Position numbers and translations under genes: made by a program | Notes under the pieces: generated by a model | Seen by the model: the letters and a program-made list of their open reading frames with translations, nothing else | Told to the model about the DNA's origin: nothing | Databases searched by the model: none | DNA from: an uncultured Bacilli bacterium | GTDB taxonomy: Bacteria > Bacillota_I > Bacilli_A > RF39 > UBA660 | DNA: 64,000 bases | Assembly: GCA_947632405.1 (NCBI GenBank) | Contig: CANRPE010000003.1 | Coordinates: 322-64,321 of the forward strand | Reading direction: 5' to 3' | Shown: positions 36,546-46,478 of the stretch, piece by piece | How positions within the stretch are numbered: position 1 is the first letter of the stretch | Layout: each line of letters opens with the position of its first letter

Positions 36546-38795
36546 ATGCAAGAAAGTAAATATTACTATAATGGCATACCCTTATCTAAGTATTGTAAAG
36601 ATAATGATATTAATATAAGTACTATACGAGCAAGAATATGGAAAAAGAAGCAAAATCGAAAATATGAAAATTATACGGAACAAGAAATTGTAGATATGGT
36701 TATAGAAGCTTATGGTAGTGGAAGTATTAAATACATGTATAAAGGTATATCTTTAAGACAATATTGTTTAGATAACGGTATTAATATAGGAACTATAAAT
36801 TCCAGAATAAAGAATTTAAAAAAGAAAAATAAAAATCTATCAAATGATGAATTAGTAATTTTAGCAATAGAAGAATTTGATAATCAAAATTTTAGATTTT
36901 TTTATCACGGTATACCTTTAAAAGAGTATTGTAAATGTCATCCTGAAATAAATTACAATACTATTAGAATCTATATCAATGGAGAAAAAGAAAAAAATCC
37001 AAAATTGTCTGATGAAGAACTTATTGAACAATATTTAAATAAAGAACACAAAGGAAGTTATAAATATTACTATTTAGGCATACCACTAAAACAATATTGC
37101 GATGAAAATAATTTGAATTATAGAAATATAACTACATATATGCGCAGATATAGAAATACTGATAACTTTAAAGGTTTAAGCGATGATGAATTTGTTGAAG
37201 CAATTATGAATCAATATCAACCATTTGAACCTAAATATTTATATAACGGAGTAACATTAAGAGAGTATTGTATTCAAAATGATTTATCATATTATAGTGT
37301 AGTATCTTTTGTAAAAAGAAAATTAGCGAAAGATAGTACGAAAAGTATTGATGATTTAATTGATGAAGGGATAAATACAATAAATAGGTATGGAATAATT
37401 TATTATTATAAAGGTACACCTTTAAAAGATTACGCAGAACAAAATAACTTAAATGTAAGCTCGATTCGTGTTGCTATTTTAAGAAAGCAAATAATAAGTG
37501 ATAAACCACTACAAGAAATAATTGATGAATGTGTTGAATCTTATCAAAAATTTTCTATAAAGTACTACTATGATGGAATACCACTTATAACATATTGTAA
37601 TAGTATTGGTTTGAATTATAATACAGTAATTAATAATTATTTATATGAATATGCTGACAATACAGATATGTCAACTGATGATGCAATTAAGCAAATTGTA
37701 GATTATTATATAGAACATCCACCAGTAAATACTAAATATTATTTTAATGATCAATCACTTAGAAAATTTTGTGATATAAATGGCTATCCTTATTTATCAA
37801 TCTATAGAAGAATTAAAACATTGGAGTCTAAAGATGACTTTTTAGATAGTGAACAAATTATAATCTCAGCAATAAAAAAATATGAAGATAGATTGCAAAT
37901 AAATAAGATAAATGAAATATTTGATAAATTAAAAGATAAAAAAATAAGTAATATTAATGAAATAAAAGATATATGTGATTTTTTAAAAATTGATTTTGAA
38001 AATGTCAATGATTTAATTAATATGGATTTTTCATATAATCAAGCAATTAATATGATATGGTATTTTTCTGATAAAAAAACTATTGATGACTATAAAATAA
38101 TTACAGATAAAAAAATAAAAGAAGTTTTTTCTTTTATTGATAATTTAAAAAATTCTAATATAGATATTCAAGAATTAAAATTATATGATTTAATAGGTAT
38201 CTACAAAAGTGAATTGTATGATTCAAGAAATGAAATATTATTGAGGCAAAAAAAGTATATTCATAAAACAATATTTTCCTTATGTAGAAACTATGAAGTT
38301 AAAGTTAATAGTAGTAATTATGAAGATTTTGAAAGCGAGATAAAATATTATTTACTTATGGTAATAAATCGTATTAGTTTAAATATAGAAGGACAAATAA
38401 TTAAATATATAGATTTAATTATAAAGGGTTATTTTAAAACTTATTTAAAAAAATATAAGAAGCAAAATAACAGTTTATCATTAAATGATGTTGAATATTC
38501 TAATGATAGAGGCACGAGAAAAGAAAAATTAAGAATCGATTATTTAGCTGATCCTGATAATCCATATGAAAAAACAGAAAATACTTCATTTAGTTCTGAT
38601 ATGATGCAAGTGTTGTCAACTTTATCGTCTGAAGATTTATCACTTGTTATGTTAAAATACCAAGAAAATTATAGTGATGATGATTTAGCAAATCATTTTA
38701 ATTTAACAATTGATGAAATAAACCAAAAAGAAATAGAAATATTATCTTTATTGAAAAATAACGATAATGTAAAATCATTAAAAAAAAGAAAATAA
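36546..38795 (+). CDS. large repeat protein with sigma-70-like C-terminus (eight N-terminal ~56-aa HTH-like repeats)
   Basis: Eight repeats of the pattern [YF]xYxG[IV]xLxxYCxxNxLNxxT[IV]xxR (YYYNGIPLSKYCKDNDINISTIRARI, YMYKGISLRQYCLDNGINIGTINSRI, FFYHGIPLKEYCKCHPEINYNTIRIYI, and so on). The C-terminus EDLSLVMLKYQENYSDDDLANHFNLTIDEINQKEIEILSLLKNN resembles sigma-70 region 4. Confidence 0.6.
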   Translation: MQESKYYYNGIPLSKYCKDNDINISTIRARIWKKKQNRKYENYTEQEIVDMVIEAYGSGSIKYMYKGISLRQYCLDNGINIGTINSRIKNLKKKNKNLSNDELVILAIEEFDNQNFRFFYHGIPLKEYCKCHPEINYNTIRIYINGEKEKNPKLSDEELIEQYLNKEHKGSYKYYYLGIPLKQYCDENNLNYRNITTYMRRYRNTDNFKGLSDDEFVEAIMNQYQPFEPKYLYNGVTLREYCIQNDLSYYSVVSFVKRKLAKDSTKSIDDLIDEGINTINRYGIIYYYKGTPLKDYAEQNNLNVSSIRVAILRKQIISDKPLQEIIDECVESYQKFSIKYYYDGIPLITYCNSIGLNYNTVINNYLYEYADNTDMSTDDAIKQIVDYYIEHPPVNTKYYFNDQSLRKFCDINGYPYLSIYRRIKTLESKDDFLDSEQIIISAIKKYEDRLQINKINEIFDKLKDKKISNINEIKDICDFLKIDFENVNDLINMDFSYNQAINMIWYFSDKKTIDDYKIITDKKIKEVFSFIDNLKNSNIDIQELKLYDLIGIYKSELYDSRNEILLRQKKYIHKTIFSLCRNYEVKVNSSNYEDFESEIKYYLLMVINRISLNIEGQIIKYIDLIIKGYFKTYLKKYKKQNNSLSLNDVEYSNDRGTRKEKLRIDYLADPDNPYEKTENTSFSSDMMQVLSTLSSEDLSLVMLKYQENYSDDDLANHFNLTIDEINQKEIEILSLLKNNDNVKSLKKRK

Positions 38796-38898
38796 ATTAA
38801 AATTGTATATAGTATTATATTTAATTAATAAACACGATACAATCTTTTTATCAAATGGGATGAATCATACTGTAAGGTGTAAAAAACCCTTTTGCAAA

Positions 38899-38922
38899 CG
38901 CACCAGATTGATACCAAACTCG
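38899..38922 (+). repeat. 24-bp direct repeat, right copy (att-like)
   Basis: An exact copy of 34558-34581. Followed by a third copy of the promoter module (TTGATA 38952-38957, 17 nt, TGcTATTAT with the -10 at 38975-38980). Confidence 0.7.
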
Positions 38923-39050
38923 AACTTTTATAGTAAAAATAGAAAACGCACTTGATAAAGGTGCGTTTTTATGCTATTATGCATTTGTCAGTCTTCTTAG
39001 AAAATACTTAGATACTAATAAACTATATACTTTTAGGGAGGTAATTATAA

Positions 39051-39623
39051 TTGGAAAAAATATTATACGAAAACGGCATTTTTGAATTTGTAGCTGAAGA
39101 AAAGCTTTATACTATTAATGGTATGGATAGAAATATAAAAAGATCCTTTGTTAGAAGACCTCCTGGAATAAGAGCAATTATATTAAATGATAAAAATGAA
39201 ATACTACTATCAAAAGAGTATAGATATGAGTTAGAAACTTTTGACTATAGACTGCCTGGAGGTAAAGTCTTTGACAATTTGGAAGATTATAAAAAATCAG
39301 TTAAAGATAATACACTATTAGATTCAGTATATAATACAGTAACTAAAGAAGTGAAGGAAGAAGTTGGAATTAAAATTAAAAATCCAATATTATATCATGT
39401 ATCTCATGCAGGGGCTAGTATTGTGTGGGACCTATATTATTTTATAGTTAGTGATTATAAAATAATAAAGGATGGTCAAGAATTGGAAGAAAATGAAATA
39501 GTTGATGGTTTTGTTTGGAAAAATTATAATGAAATAATTAAAATGTGTGTTGAAAAGCAAATACATGAAGAAAGAACTATAGGAGTATTGTTATCTTATA
39601 TTTTAGAAAACAAAAATAATTAA
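39051..39623 (+). CDS. NUDIX hydrolase (ADP-ribose pyrophosphatase-like)
   Basis: Nudix box GGKVFDNLEDYKKSVKDNTLLDSVYNTVTKEVKEEVGI (an unusually long insert before the REx2EE part). TTG start after gggaggt. Confidence 0.65.
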   Translation: MEKILYENGIFEFVAEEKLYTINGMDRNIKRSFVRRPPGIRAIILNDKNEILLSKEYRYELETFDYRLPGGKVFDNLEDYKKSVKDNTLLDSVYNTVTKEVKEEVGIKIKNPILYHVSHAGASIVWDLYYFIVSDYKIIKDGQELEENEIVDGFVWKNYNEIIKMCVEKQIHEERTIGVLLSYILENKNN

Positions 39624-39853
39624 AAATTTTTATATTTTTTACTTATTGTGTTAGATTTAAACTCGGACTTTAATAATTCGAGTTTTAAAATACTTTAATT
39701 TATGGTATAATTTTGTAGTTTAAATGATATATTTGTCAATTTAGAAAACACGCTTGCTTATTGATAAACTAATAATGTCTATAAAAATATAGAAAAATAA
39801 GTAAATTAAATAAAATACATGCTATAATGATATATAATGAGGTGGATTGATTT

Positions 39854-40339
39854 ATGATTTATACGGTTGGAAGACTAAAAGTTAGTCGTATTCAATTTAA
39901 TAATTATGATTTTATGAGGCTTTTTTTAGCTTATTTAAGAGTTAACGGAATTACATTTATTAATAAAGATAATTTAAGATATAATTTATATGAATTATAT
40001 CAAAATAAAGAATATAAAGATTTATTTCAAGATTTTGCAGTTAAACAACAAATAGAAGGTAATTTTTTAGATATAGATTATGCTATACAAAATGCTGTAT
40101 TATATGGTTTAATAAGTGCTCATGACTGCAATCTTAATAATTCAAAAAGAGTAATACTTATAGATGAAAATGAAAGTATTACAATAATAAATAGCTATAG
40201 TGAAAATTATAAAGAAAAAATGGAAAGATTAGTAGGTGAATTTCTTGATAAATCAATAAATAAACGTGATAAATATTACTATGATGGTAAAATAAAACAA
40301 TTAAAGAAAAGAAAAATACTAAGAAATTATAATGCATAA
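39854..40339 (+). CDS. hypothetical protein
   Basis: 161-aa ORF with SD gaggtgga. No motif recognised. Confidence 0.45.
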   Translation: MIYTVGRLKVSRIQFNNYDFMRLFLAYLRVNGITFINKDNLRYNLYELYQNKEYKDLFQDFAVKQQIEGNFLDIDYAIQNAVLYGLISAHDCNLNNSKRVILIDENESITIINSYSENYKEKMERLVGEFLDKSINKRDKYYYDGKIKQLKKRKILRNYNA

Positions 40340-40646
40340 CAAGGACAATATATTTATTGAATAAAATAACTTTATCAAGCAAATTTGCAAAATATGGGAA
40401 TAATGGCAATTTTATTGAGCTATATAATTAAAATGATGCTTTTTGATGAATTAATTAAAGGTAGAAGAATCTGCCAATGGAGCAACTATTTCTTTTGCTC
40501 ATAAGTTGTTGTACGTCTTCTTTTAGAACACTATTTTTATACTAAACATGGACTTTTAATTGATTTAAATTTTTATAATATTTTAATTTATGATAAAATA
40601 TCTATAAGTTAAAATTAATATACGTGATTATATGAGGAGATTAATA

Positions 40647-42083
40647 ATGAGAATAGGTGTAGATATAGATAATGTTATTTCAACATTTAATGATGATTTA
40701 TTAGAAGAATTTTTAAAGCATAATAAGGAACTTGGCTATAGTGACGAAATAAATAAAAATGCTGGTTATATAACAGAAGGTATGTTTAATTGGAAAGATG
40801 AAGAAGTAAAAGTATTTTATAAAGATGCTATCAAAAGAATAGTAAGCAAATTAAATGTTAAAAGTGGAGCAAAAGAATATATAGATAAGTTAAAAGAAGA
40901 AGGTCATTTAATATATATTATTACAGGTAGAGATAATGAAGATCATCTAGATCCATACAATATTACAAAAAAATGGTTAGATGATAATTTAATTTATTAT
41001 GATAAGCTAATATTAACTAAGTCTTATAAAGATGACAAACACGGAAAATCAAAAAAGTGTATAGAAAATAATATTGATATCATGATTGATGATTCTTCTT
41101 CTATTTGTAAAGATTGCATTGATTATGGAATAGAAACTTTATTAATGGATACTCCATATAATAGACAAAATAAAGATATTAAAAGAGTTTATAGTTGGAA
41201 AGAAATATATGAATATATAACAAAACATAGTAAAGAAAAATTAAATGTAATTTTAGATACTGATGTATATAATGAATGTGATGACCAATTTGCCATTACA
41301 TATATGATTAAAAATCAAGATATATTTAATATTGAAGCAATAACTGTTGCACCTTATTCTAATAAGGAAAAAAATGAAACTGTTGTGAGCGGACGAGAGA
41401 AAAGTTATAACGAAATATTAAAAATATGTAATTGGTTAAAATTTAATACAACTAATAAAGTATTCAAAGGTGCAACAGATTATATGTCTAATTGTTATGA
41501 TGAAAATAATGATGCAGTAAGTAAAATAATTGAAATAGCACTAAAAAATAATAAAACTTATATTATGGCAATAGGTGCTATTACAAATGTTGCACTAGCA
41601 ATAAAAAAAGAACCTAAAATAATTGATAGAATAGAAGTTATTTGGCTAGGAGGTCATAGTCTATTACAGAAAAATAATTTAGAATTTAATTTTATGCAAG
41701 ACATAAGCGCTGTAAAAGTAGTATTTAACTCAAAAGTTAAATTGACTATTATTCCATGTAAAAATGTTGCTTCAAATTTAATAACTTCTATTTATGAATT
41801 AAACTATTATTTGAAAGATAAAAGTGAATTATGTAATTATTTAATAGATAGATTTTATGATGATGGATATAATGGTATACAAAAAAGGCGAGTTATTTGG
41901 GATATATCAGTTATTGCATATATGATAAACAAGGATTGGTTTACAAGTGAAAATATAAGTTGTCCTAACATAAATGATGATACTTCTTATGAATTAACTA
42001 TTGATAATCATAAAATAACAATGGTAAATTACATAGATGTAAATAAGGTATATGAAGATTTATTTAAAAAGTTGGGTGAATAA
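40647..42083 (+). CDS. fusion protein: HAD-type 5'(3')-deoxyribonucleotidase-like domain plus inosine/uridine-preferring nucleoside hydrolase domain
   Basis: N-terminus MRIGVDIDNVIS (DxDxV HAD motif I), IITGR, DD near residue 150. C-terminal half starts LNVILDTDVYNECDDQFAITYMI (the IUNH DxDxxxDD aspartate cluster). Start set at ATG 40647 after aggaga. Confidence 0.65.
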   Translation: MRIGVDIDNVISTFNDDLLEEFLKHNKELGYSDEINKNAGYITEGMFNWKDEEVKVFYKDAIKRIVSKLNVKSGAKEYIDKLKEEGHLIYIITGRDNEDHLDPYNITKKWLDDNLIYYDKLILTKSYKDDKHGKSKKCIENNIDIMIDDSSSICKDCIDYGIETLLMDTPYNRQNKDIKRVYSWKEIYEYITKHSKEKLNVILDTDVYNECDDQFAITYMIKNQDIFNIEAITVAPYSNKEKNETVVSGREKSYNEILKICNWLKFNTTNKVFKGATDYMSNCYDENNDAVSKIIEIALKNNKTYIMAIGAITNVALAIKKEPKIIDRIEVIWLGGHSLLQKNNLEFNFMQDISAVKVVFNSKVKLTIIPCKNVASNLITSIYELNYYLKDKSELCNYLIDRFYDDGYNGIQKRRVIWDISVIAYMINKDWFTSENISCPNINDDTSYELTIDNHKITMVNYIDVNKVYEDLFKKLGE

Positions 42084-42087
42084 GATT

Positions 42088-42684
42088 ATGAAATTAGCAA
42101 GTAAAGAGGCAATAGATATATTGGAAAATGCCAGAAATAATTTTGAAGATCAAAGATGGATAGATCATTCACTTTGTGTTGGAAAAGCTGCAAGAAAAAT
42201 TGCAGAGGCTCTCAAAAAAAATAATATAGAAGTGGATATTGATAAAGCTGAAACTTTAGGTTATATTCACGATATAGGTAAAATGGTAGGTCCATCAAGT
42301 GAACATGTCATAAAAGGATATGAGTATATGAAAAAACAAGGCTATGATGAAGAATTTTGCAATGTTTGCTTGACTCATTCATATCTAAATAATGATATTA
42401 ATTGTACAGCAGGTGGCATTCCTGATAATATACCTTTTAGAACAGAATTTATTAAAAATCATCAATATACACTTGAAGAAAAAATTATAAATTTATGTGA
42501 TTTAATGTGTACTAGTAAAATAAATACGATAGATAAAAGACTAATTGATATTATGATTAGGAGAGGAGCTTATTCAAATACACAATATCATATAAAAGAA
42601 ACATATAAATTGAAAATGTATTTTGATGAGTTATTGGGATATAATTTATATGATTTATTTCCAGAAATTAATGATAATTTATAA
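42088..42684 (+). CDS. HD-domain phosphohydrolase
   Basis: IDHSLCVGKAARKIAE ... GYIHDIGK (H...HD motif). Start moved to ATG 42088, after the upstream stop. Confidence 0.65.
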   Translation: MKLASKEAIDILENARNNFEDQRWIDHSLCVGKAARKIAEALKKNNIEVDIDKAETLGYIHDIGKMVGPSSEHVIKGYEYMKKQGYDEEFCNVCLTHSYLNNDINCTAGGIPDNIPFRTEFIKNHQYTLEEKIINLCDLMCTSKINTIDKRLIDIMIRRGAYSNTQYHIKETYKLKMYFDELLGYNLYDLFPEINDNL

Positions 42685-42847
42685 TTGTAATAAATTGATT
42701 TTATTAAATTAGAAATTGAAAAGTTTTGAGTGATTCAAAATTTACTAATTATATTTCCAAAAAATTTGACACAATTATTGTAAAATTATTTTTATTAGTG
42801 TGTACATATCTTGAATATTTATATATATTTTGATAAGTTAATAATAG

Positions 42848-43888
42848 GTGAAGAAGATGAAGAAAAAAATATTTTTAATTTTATTGTTAGTAGGTGTGAT
42901 TTTTAGTTGTAATGATGCTTATGCTGTTACTGGTAGTTATGAACATAATAATTTTAAATTTACAATAAAGAAGATTCATTTTGATATTTATAAATCAAAA
43001 TTAGATGCTGAGAAAAACTTTGCAGGTTATGAAGGTGAAGCTCTTGCAACTGTAGATGTACCAGATGAGAAAACTATTAAATTAGAATTTGTAGATAATA
43101 GTGAAGATGAAGACGAATTAATCCATAAAACAACAACTCTTGCTCCTTTAACACTAGATATGGAAAAAAATGATGTTTTAGAATTAATAAAAGGTAAAGT
43201 AACAACTCCAGATGAAAATAATCATTATTATGTTAGAATGGTTGTTGACTATAGTATTGATAAAGTATCTAGTCCATATAAATATTATTATAAGCTTAGT
43301 TATGAAGATAAGAATAATGATTTATTTCTTGCTTCTGAAACAAGTGAAAATTTTATAAAATATAATAAAATTAGTAATACAGGAGAAACTATTTCAAGTG
43401 TATTTGGAGCATTTGAATATAAATTAATTGGTGAACAAGAAGATGTTAACTATTCAAAAACATATGAAAAAGGTATGCCTCTTTATTTGGATTATTTGTT
43501 AAATGGTATGGTATTTTCAACTTTAGATGAGTTAAAACAACAAATTATTGTTCCAGAAGGTAGTCAAGCTGATGTTGATAATCCAGATGATTATGTTATA
43601 GCACATGAAAAATATATTCAAACATTTAATTTCTTTGGTTATACTAATTTTGAAGCTTATACAGAAGCTATGGCAAATGATTGGTTTGAAACTATTCAAG
43701 ATGCCTTTGAAAATAATAAAAATACACAAGTAGTTAAGTCTGAAGATAAACCAGAAGAAGTTTCTGTTGCAGATACAGCACTTAATTTAAATATCTATAT
43801 TTATATTATAGGAACAGTTATCATATTATGTGGTTTAATAGCAATTGGTATAGTTTTGAAAAAAAATAAAAATTCTACTAATAATTAA
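42848..43888 (+). CDS. surface protein with signal peptide and C-terminal TM anchor, function unknown
   Basis: N-terminal signal (LLLVGVIFSCNDAYA|VT). C-terminal IYIYIIGTVIILCGLIAIGIVLKKNK anchor. A long hairpin terminator follows at 43960-44001. Confidence 0.55.
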   Translation: MKKMKKKIFLILLLVGVIFSCNDAYAVTGSYEHNNFKFTIKKIHFDIYKSKLDAEKNFAGYEGEALATVDVPDEKTIKLEFVDNSEDEDELIHKTTTLAPLTLDMEKNDVLELIKGKVTTPDENNHYYVRMVVDYSIDKVSSPYKYYYKLSYEDKNNDLFLASETSENFIKYNKISNTGETISSVFGAFEYKLIGEQEDVNYSKTYEKGMPLYLDYLLNGMVFSTLDELKQQIIVPEGSQADVDNPDDYVIAHEKYIQTFNFFGYTNFEAYTEAMANDWFETIQDAFENNKNTQVVKSEDKPEEVSVADTALNLNIYIYIIGTVIILCGLIAIGIVLKKNKNSTNN

Positions 43889-44115
43889 ATTAAAGCATCA
43901 AGTGAAATAAATTAAATTTACTAAGAAAAATACTTTTTAAAAACATTAGATTGAGATATAAAACTCGAACATATAATAATTTAATTAAAAGTTCGAGTTT
44001 TAATATGCAATAATTAGGTATAATATAAATTATTTATTAGTTTAGTAATATTAGATATTGACATATGACAAGTTGTCGTATTATAATGGAAAAGGCGTCT
44101 AGAGGATGTGATATT

Positions 44116-44700
44116 ATGCCTAGTAAAACTTTTCTAAATTTACCAAAAGAAAAGCAAAAAAAACTAATTCAATCTGCAACGGAAGAATTCAGTAGTCATA
44201 ATTTTATGGATGTTTCAATTAATAGAATTATTAATAGTGTAAATATTCCTAGAGGTAGTTTCTATATGTATTTTAATGATAAAGAAGATTTATTTGAATA
44301 TTTACTAGAGTCTTATACTCAAAAATTAAAAATTATAATAGCTGAGTCACTAAAAATAAATAAAGGTGATTTAAGGGATACATTTGTTTATTTATATGAT
44401 GAGATAACTAAACGAATTAAAAAAATAAAAATAGAAATTTTATTTAGGAATGCTTTTATTTATTTAAATTTGAATAGGAATAAATTTAATTATATTATAG
44501 GTAATGAATTATTTAATACTATAAAATCTGATATTGATAAAAGAAATATAAAAAGTATTGATTTAGAGTTTATTTTTAAAGTGTTAATGCATAATTTATT
44601 TATGGCTATTACAGATAGTATTCATATAAAAGATTCTAATTTAGAAAAGGAATTTTATATTAAAAGATTAGATATGATTTGTTATGGATTTTATAAATAA
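44116..44700 (+). CDS. TetR/AcrR family transcriptional regulator
   Basis: KKLIQSATEEFSSHNFMDVSINRIINSVNIPRGSFYMYFNDKEDLF is the TetR N-terminal HTH. Upstream of the ABC exporter pair. Confidence 0.85.
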   Translation: MPSKTFLNLPKEKQKKLIQSATEEFSSHNFMDVSINRIINSVNIPRGSFYMYFNDKEDLFEYLLESYTQKLKIIIAESLKINKGDLRDTFVYLYDEITKRIKKIKIEILFRNAFIYLNLNRNKFNYIIGNELFNTIKSDIDKRNIKSIDLEFIFKVLMHNLFMAITDSIHIKDSNLEKEFYIKRLDMICYGFYK

Positions 44701-44717
44701 AGGGAAGGTGAAAGATT

Positions 44718-46478
44718 ATGATTAAATTATTAAAATGTTTTAAGAAAAGAGAATGGTTTATTGTTTTTATTAGTTTTTTACTTATCTTTGGTCAAGTTTG
44801 GTTAGAATTAAAAATGCCTGATTATATGTCAAAAATAACTGAATTAGTTCAAACTGAAGGAAGTAAAATGTCTAATATTTTAGAAAATGGTGGCTATATG
44901 CTATTATGTGCTTTTGGTAGTTTAGTTGCTGCTGTTATAGTTGGATATTTTATATCTGTTCTAGCATCAACTTTTTCTTTACGTACAAGAAAAAAACTAT
45001 TTAATAAAGTTGGTAATTTAGCAATGCATGAAGTAAAACAGTTTTCAACTAATAGTTTAATTACAAGAACAACTAATGATATTACTCAAATTGAAATGTT
45101 AATTGGCATGGGTTTACAGTTATTGATTAAAGCACCTATAACTGCAATTTGGGCAATTACTAAAATTTTAAATAAAAGTTGGCAGTGGAGTGTTGTTACA
45201 GCAATTGCAGTTATGATTTTATTAGCTGTTATAGCTTCTTTAGTAATAGTTGTCATGCCTAAATTTAAAATTGTTCAAAGATTAATTGATTTAATTAATG
45301 GTGTAACTCGTGAGAATTTAACTGGTATTAGAGTTGTTCGTGCTTTTAACGCTGAAAATTATCAAGAAGAAAAATTTGAAGATGTTAATACAAAATTAAC
45401 AAATCAACAACTTTATAATCAGAAGAAATTTGCTGTTATGTCACCAGTTATGTATTTAGTAATGTATTTTTTAACACTATTAATTTACTATATAGGTTCT
45501 TATTTAATTATGGATGCTGATATGGCTTCTAAAATATCATTATTTGGAGATATGATTGTTTTCTCATCATACGCTATGCAAGTAATTATGTCATTTTTAA
45601 TGCTTGCTATGATTTTTATGATGATTCCACGTGCTCAAGTTTCAGCAAAACGTATTAATGAAGTACTTGATACTGACATTACTATTTTAGATGGAAAAAT
45701 TGATCATGATATAACTTCACTAAAAGGAACAGTAGAATTTAAAAATGTATCATTTAAATATCCTGATGCTGAAGAATATTTACTTGAAAATATTTCATTT
45801 ACTGCTCATAAAGGAGAAACAGTTGCTTTTATTGGTTCAACTGGTAGTGGAAAATCAAGTTTAATTAATTTAGTTCCTAGATTTTATGATGTAACTAAGG
45901 GAGAAATATTAATTGATGGAGTTAATGTAAAAGATTATAAGCAAGAATTTTTACATGAAAAAATAGGTTATGTTCCTCAAAAAGCAGTTATATTTAATGG
46001 TACAGTAGAAGAAAATGTCGCATATGGTAAAAGTAAAAAACAAAAAACAAAAAAAATTATCAAAGATGCAGTTAAAGTAGCTCAAGCAGAAGAATTTGTT
46101 TTGAAAATGGATGATAAGTATGAAACTCATCTTGCTCAAGGTGGTACTAATATAAGTGGTGGTCAAAAACAACGTTTAGCTATCGCTCGAGCAATAGCAA
46201 GAGAACCAGAAATATATATATTTGATGATTCATTTTCTGCCCTTGATTATAAGACAGATTCAATTCTTCGAAAAGAATTGAAAAAATATACAAAAAATGC
46301 TACAAATTTAATTGTTGCTCAACGAATTGGAACTATTATGAACGCTGATAAAATTCTAGTGTTAGATAATGGTAAATGCGTTGGTATTGGTACTCATAAG
46401 GAACTACTAAATAATTGTGAAATTTATAAACAAATAGCTCTATCACAATTATCAAAGGAGGAATTAGAATATGAATAA
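44718..46478 (+). CDS. ABC exporter, fused permease/ATPase (heterodimer subunit 1)
   Basis: Six-TM domain plus NBD: GSTGSGKSS Walker A, ISGGQKQRLAIARA signature, IYIFDDSFSALD Walker B. Confidence 0.9.
   Translation: MIKLLKCFKKREWFIVFISFLLIFGQVWLELKMPDYMSKITELVQTEGSKMSNILENGGYMLLCAFGSLVAAVIVGYFISVLASTFSLRTRKKLFNKVGNLAMHEVKQFSTNSLITRTTNDITQIEMLIGMGLQLLIKAPITAIWAITKILNKSWQWSVVTAIAVMILLAVIASLVIVVMPKFKIVQRLIDLINGVTRENLTGIRVVRAFNAENYQEEKFEDVNTKLTNQQLYNQKKFAVMSPVMYLVMYFLTLLIYYIGSYLIMDADMASKISLFGDMIVFSSYAMQVIMSFLMLAMIFMMIPRAQVSAKRINEVLDTDITILDGKIDHDITSLKGTVEFKNVSFKYPDAEEYLLENISFTAHKGETVAFIGSTGSGKSSLINLVPRFYDVTKGEILIDGVNVKDYKQEFLHEKIGYVPQKAVIFNGTVEENVAYGKSKKQKTKKIIKDAVKVAQAEEFVLKMDDKYETHLAQGGTNISGGQKQRLAIARAIAREPEIYIFDDSFSALDYKTDSILRKELKKYTKNATNLIVAQRIGTIMNADKILVLDNGKCVGIGTHKELLNNCEIYKQIALSQLSKEELEYE

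Larger units (their letters stand above)
34558..38922. mobile_element. integrase-less remnant of an element integrated at the tRNA-Leu 3' end (tentative)
   Basis: Bounded by the exact 24-bp direct repeat that includes the last 7 nt of tRNA-Leu. The content is accessory (TA-like modules, RHH pseudogene, sigma-like gene). No integrase/recombinase ORF is visible. Confidence 0.4.
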
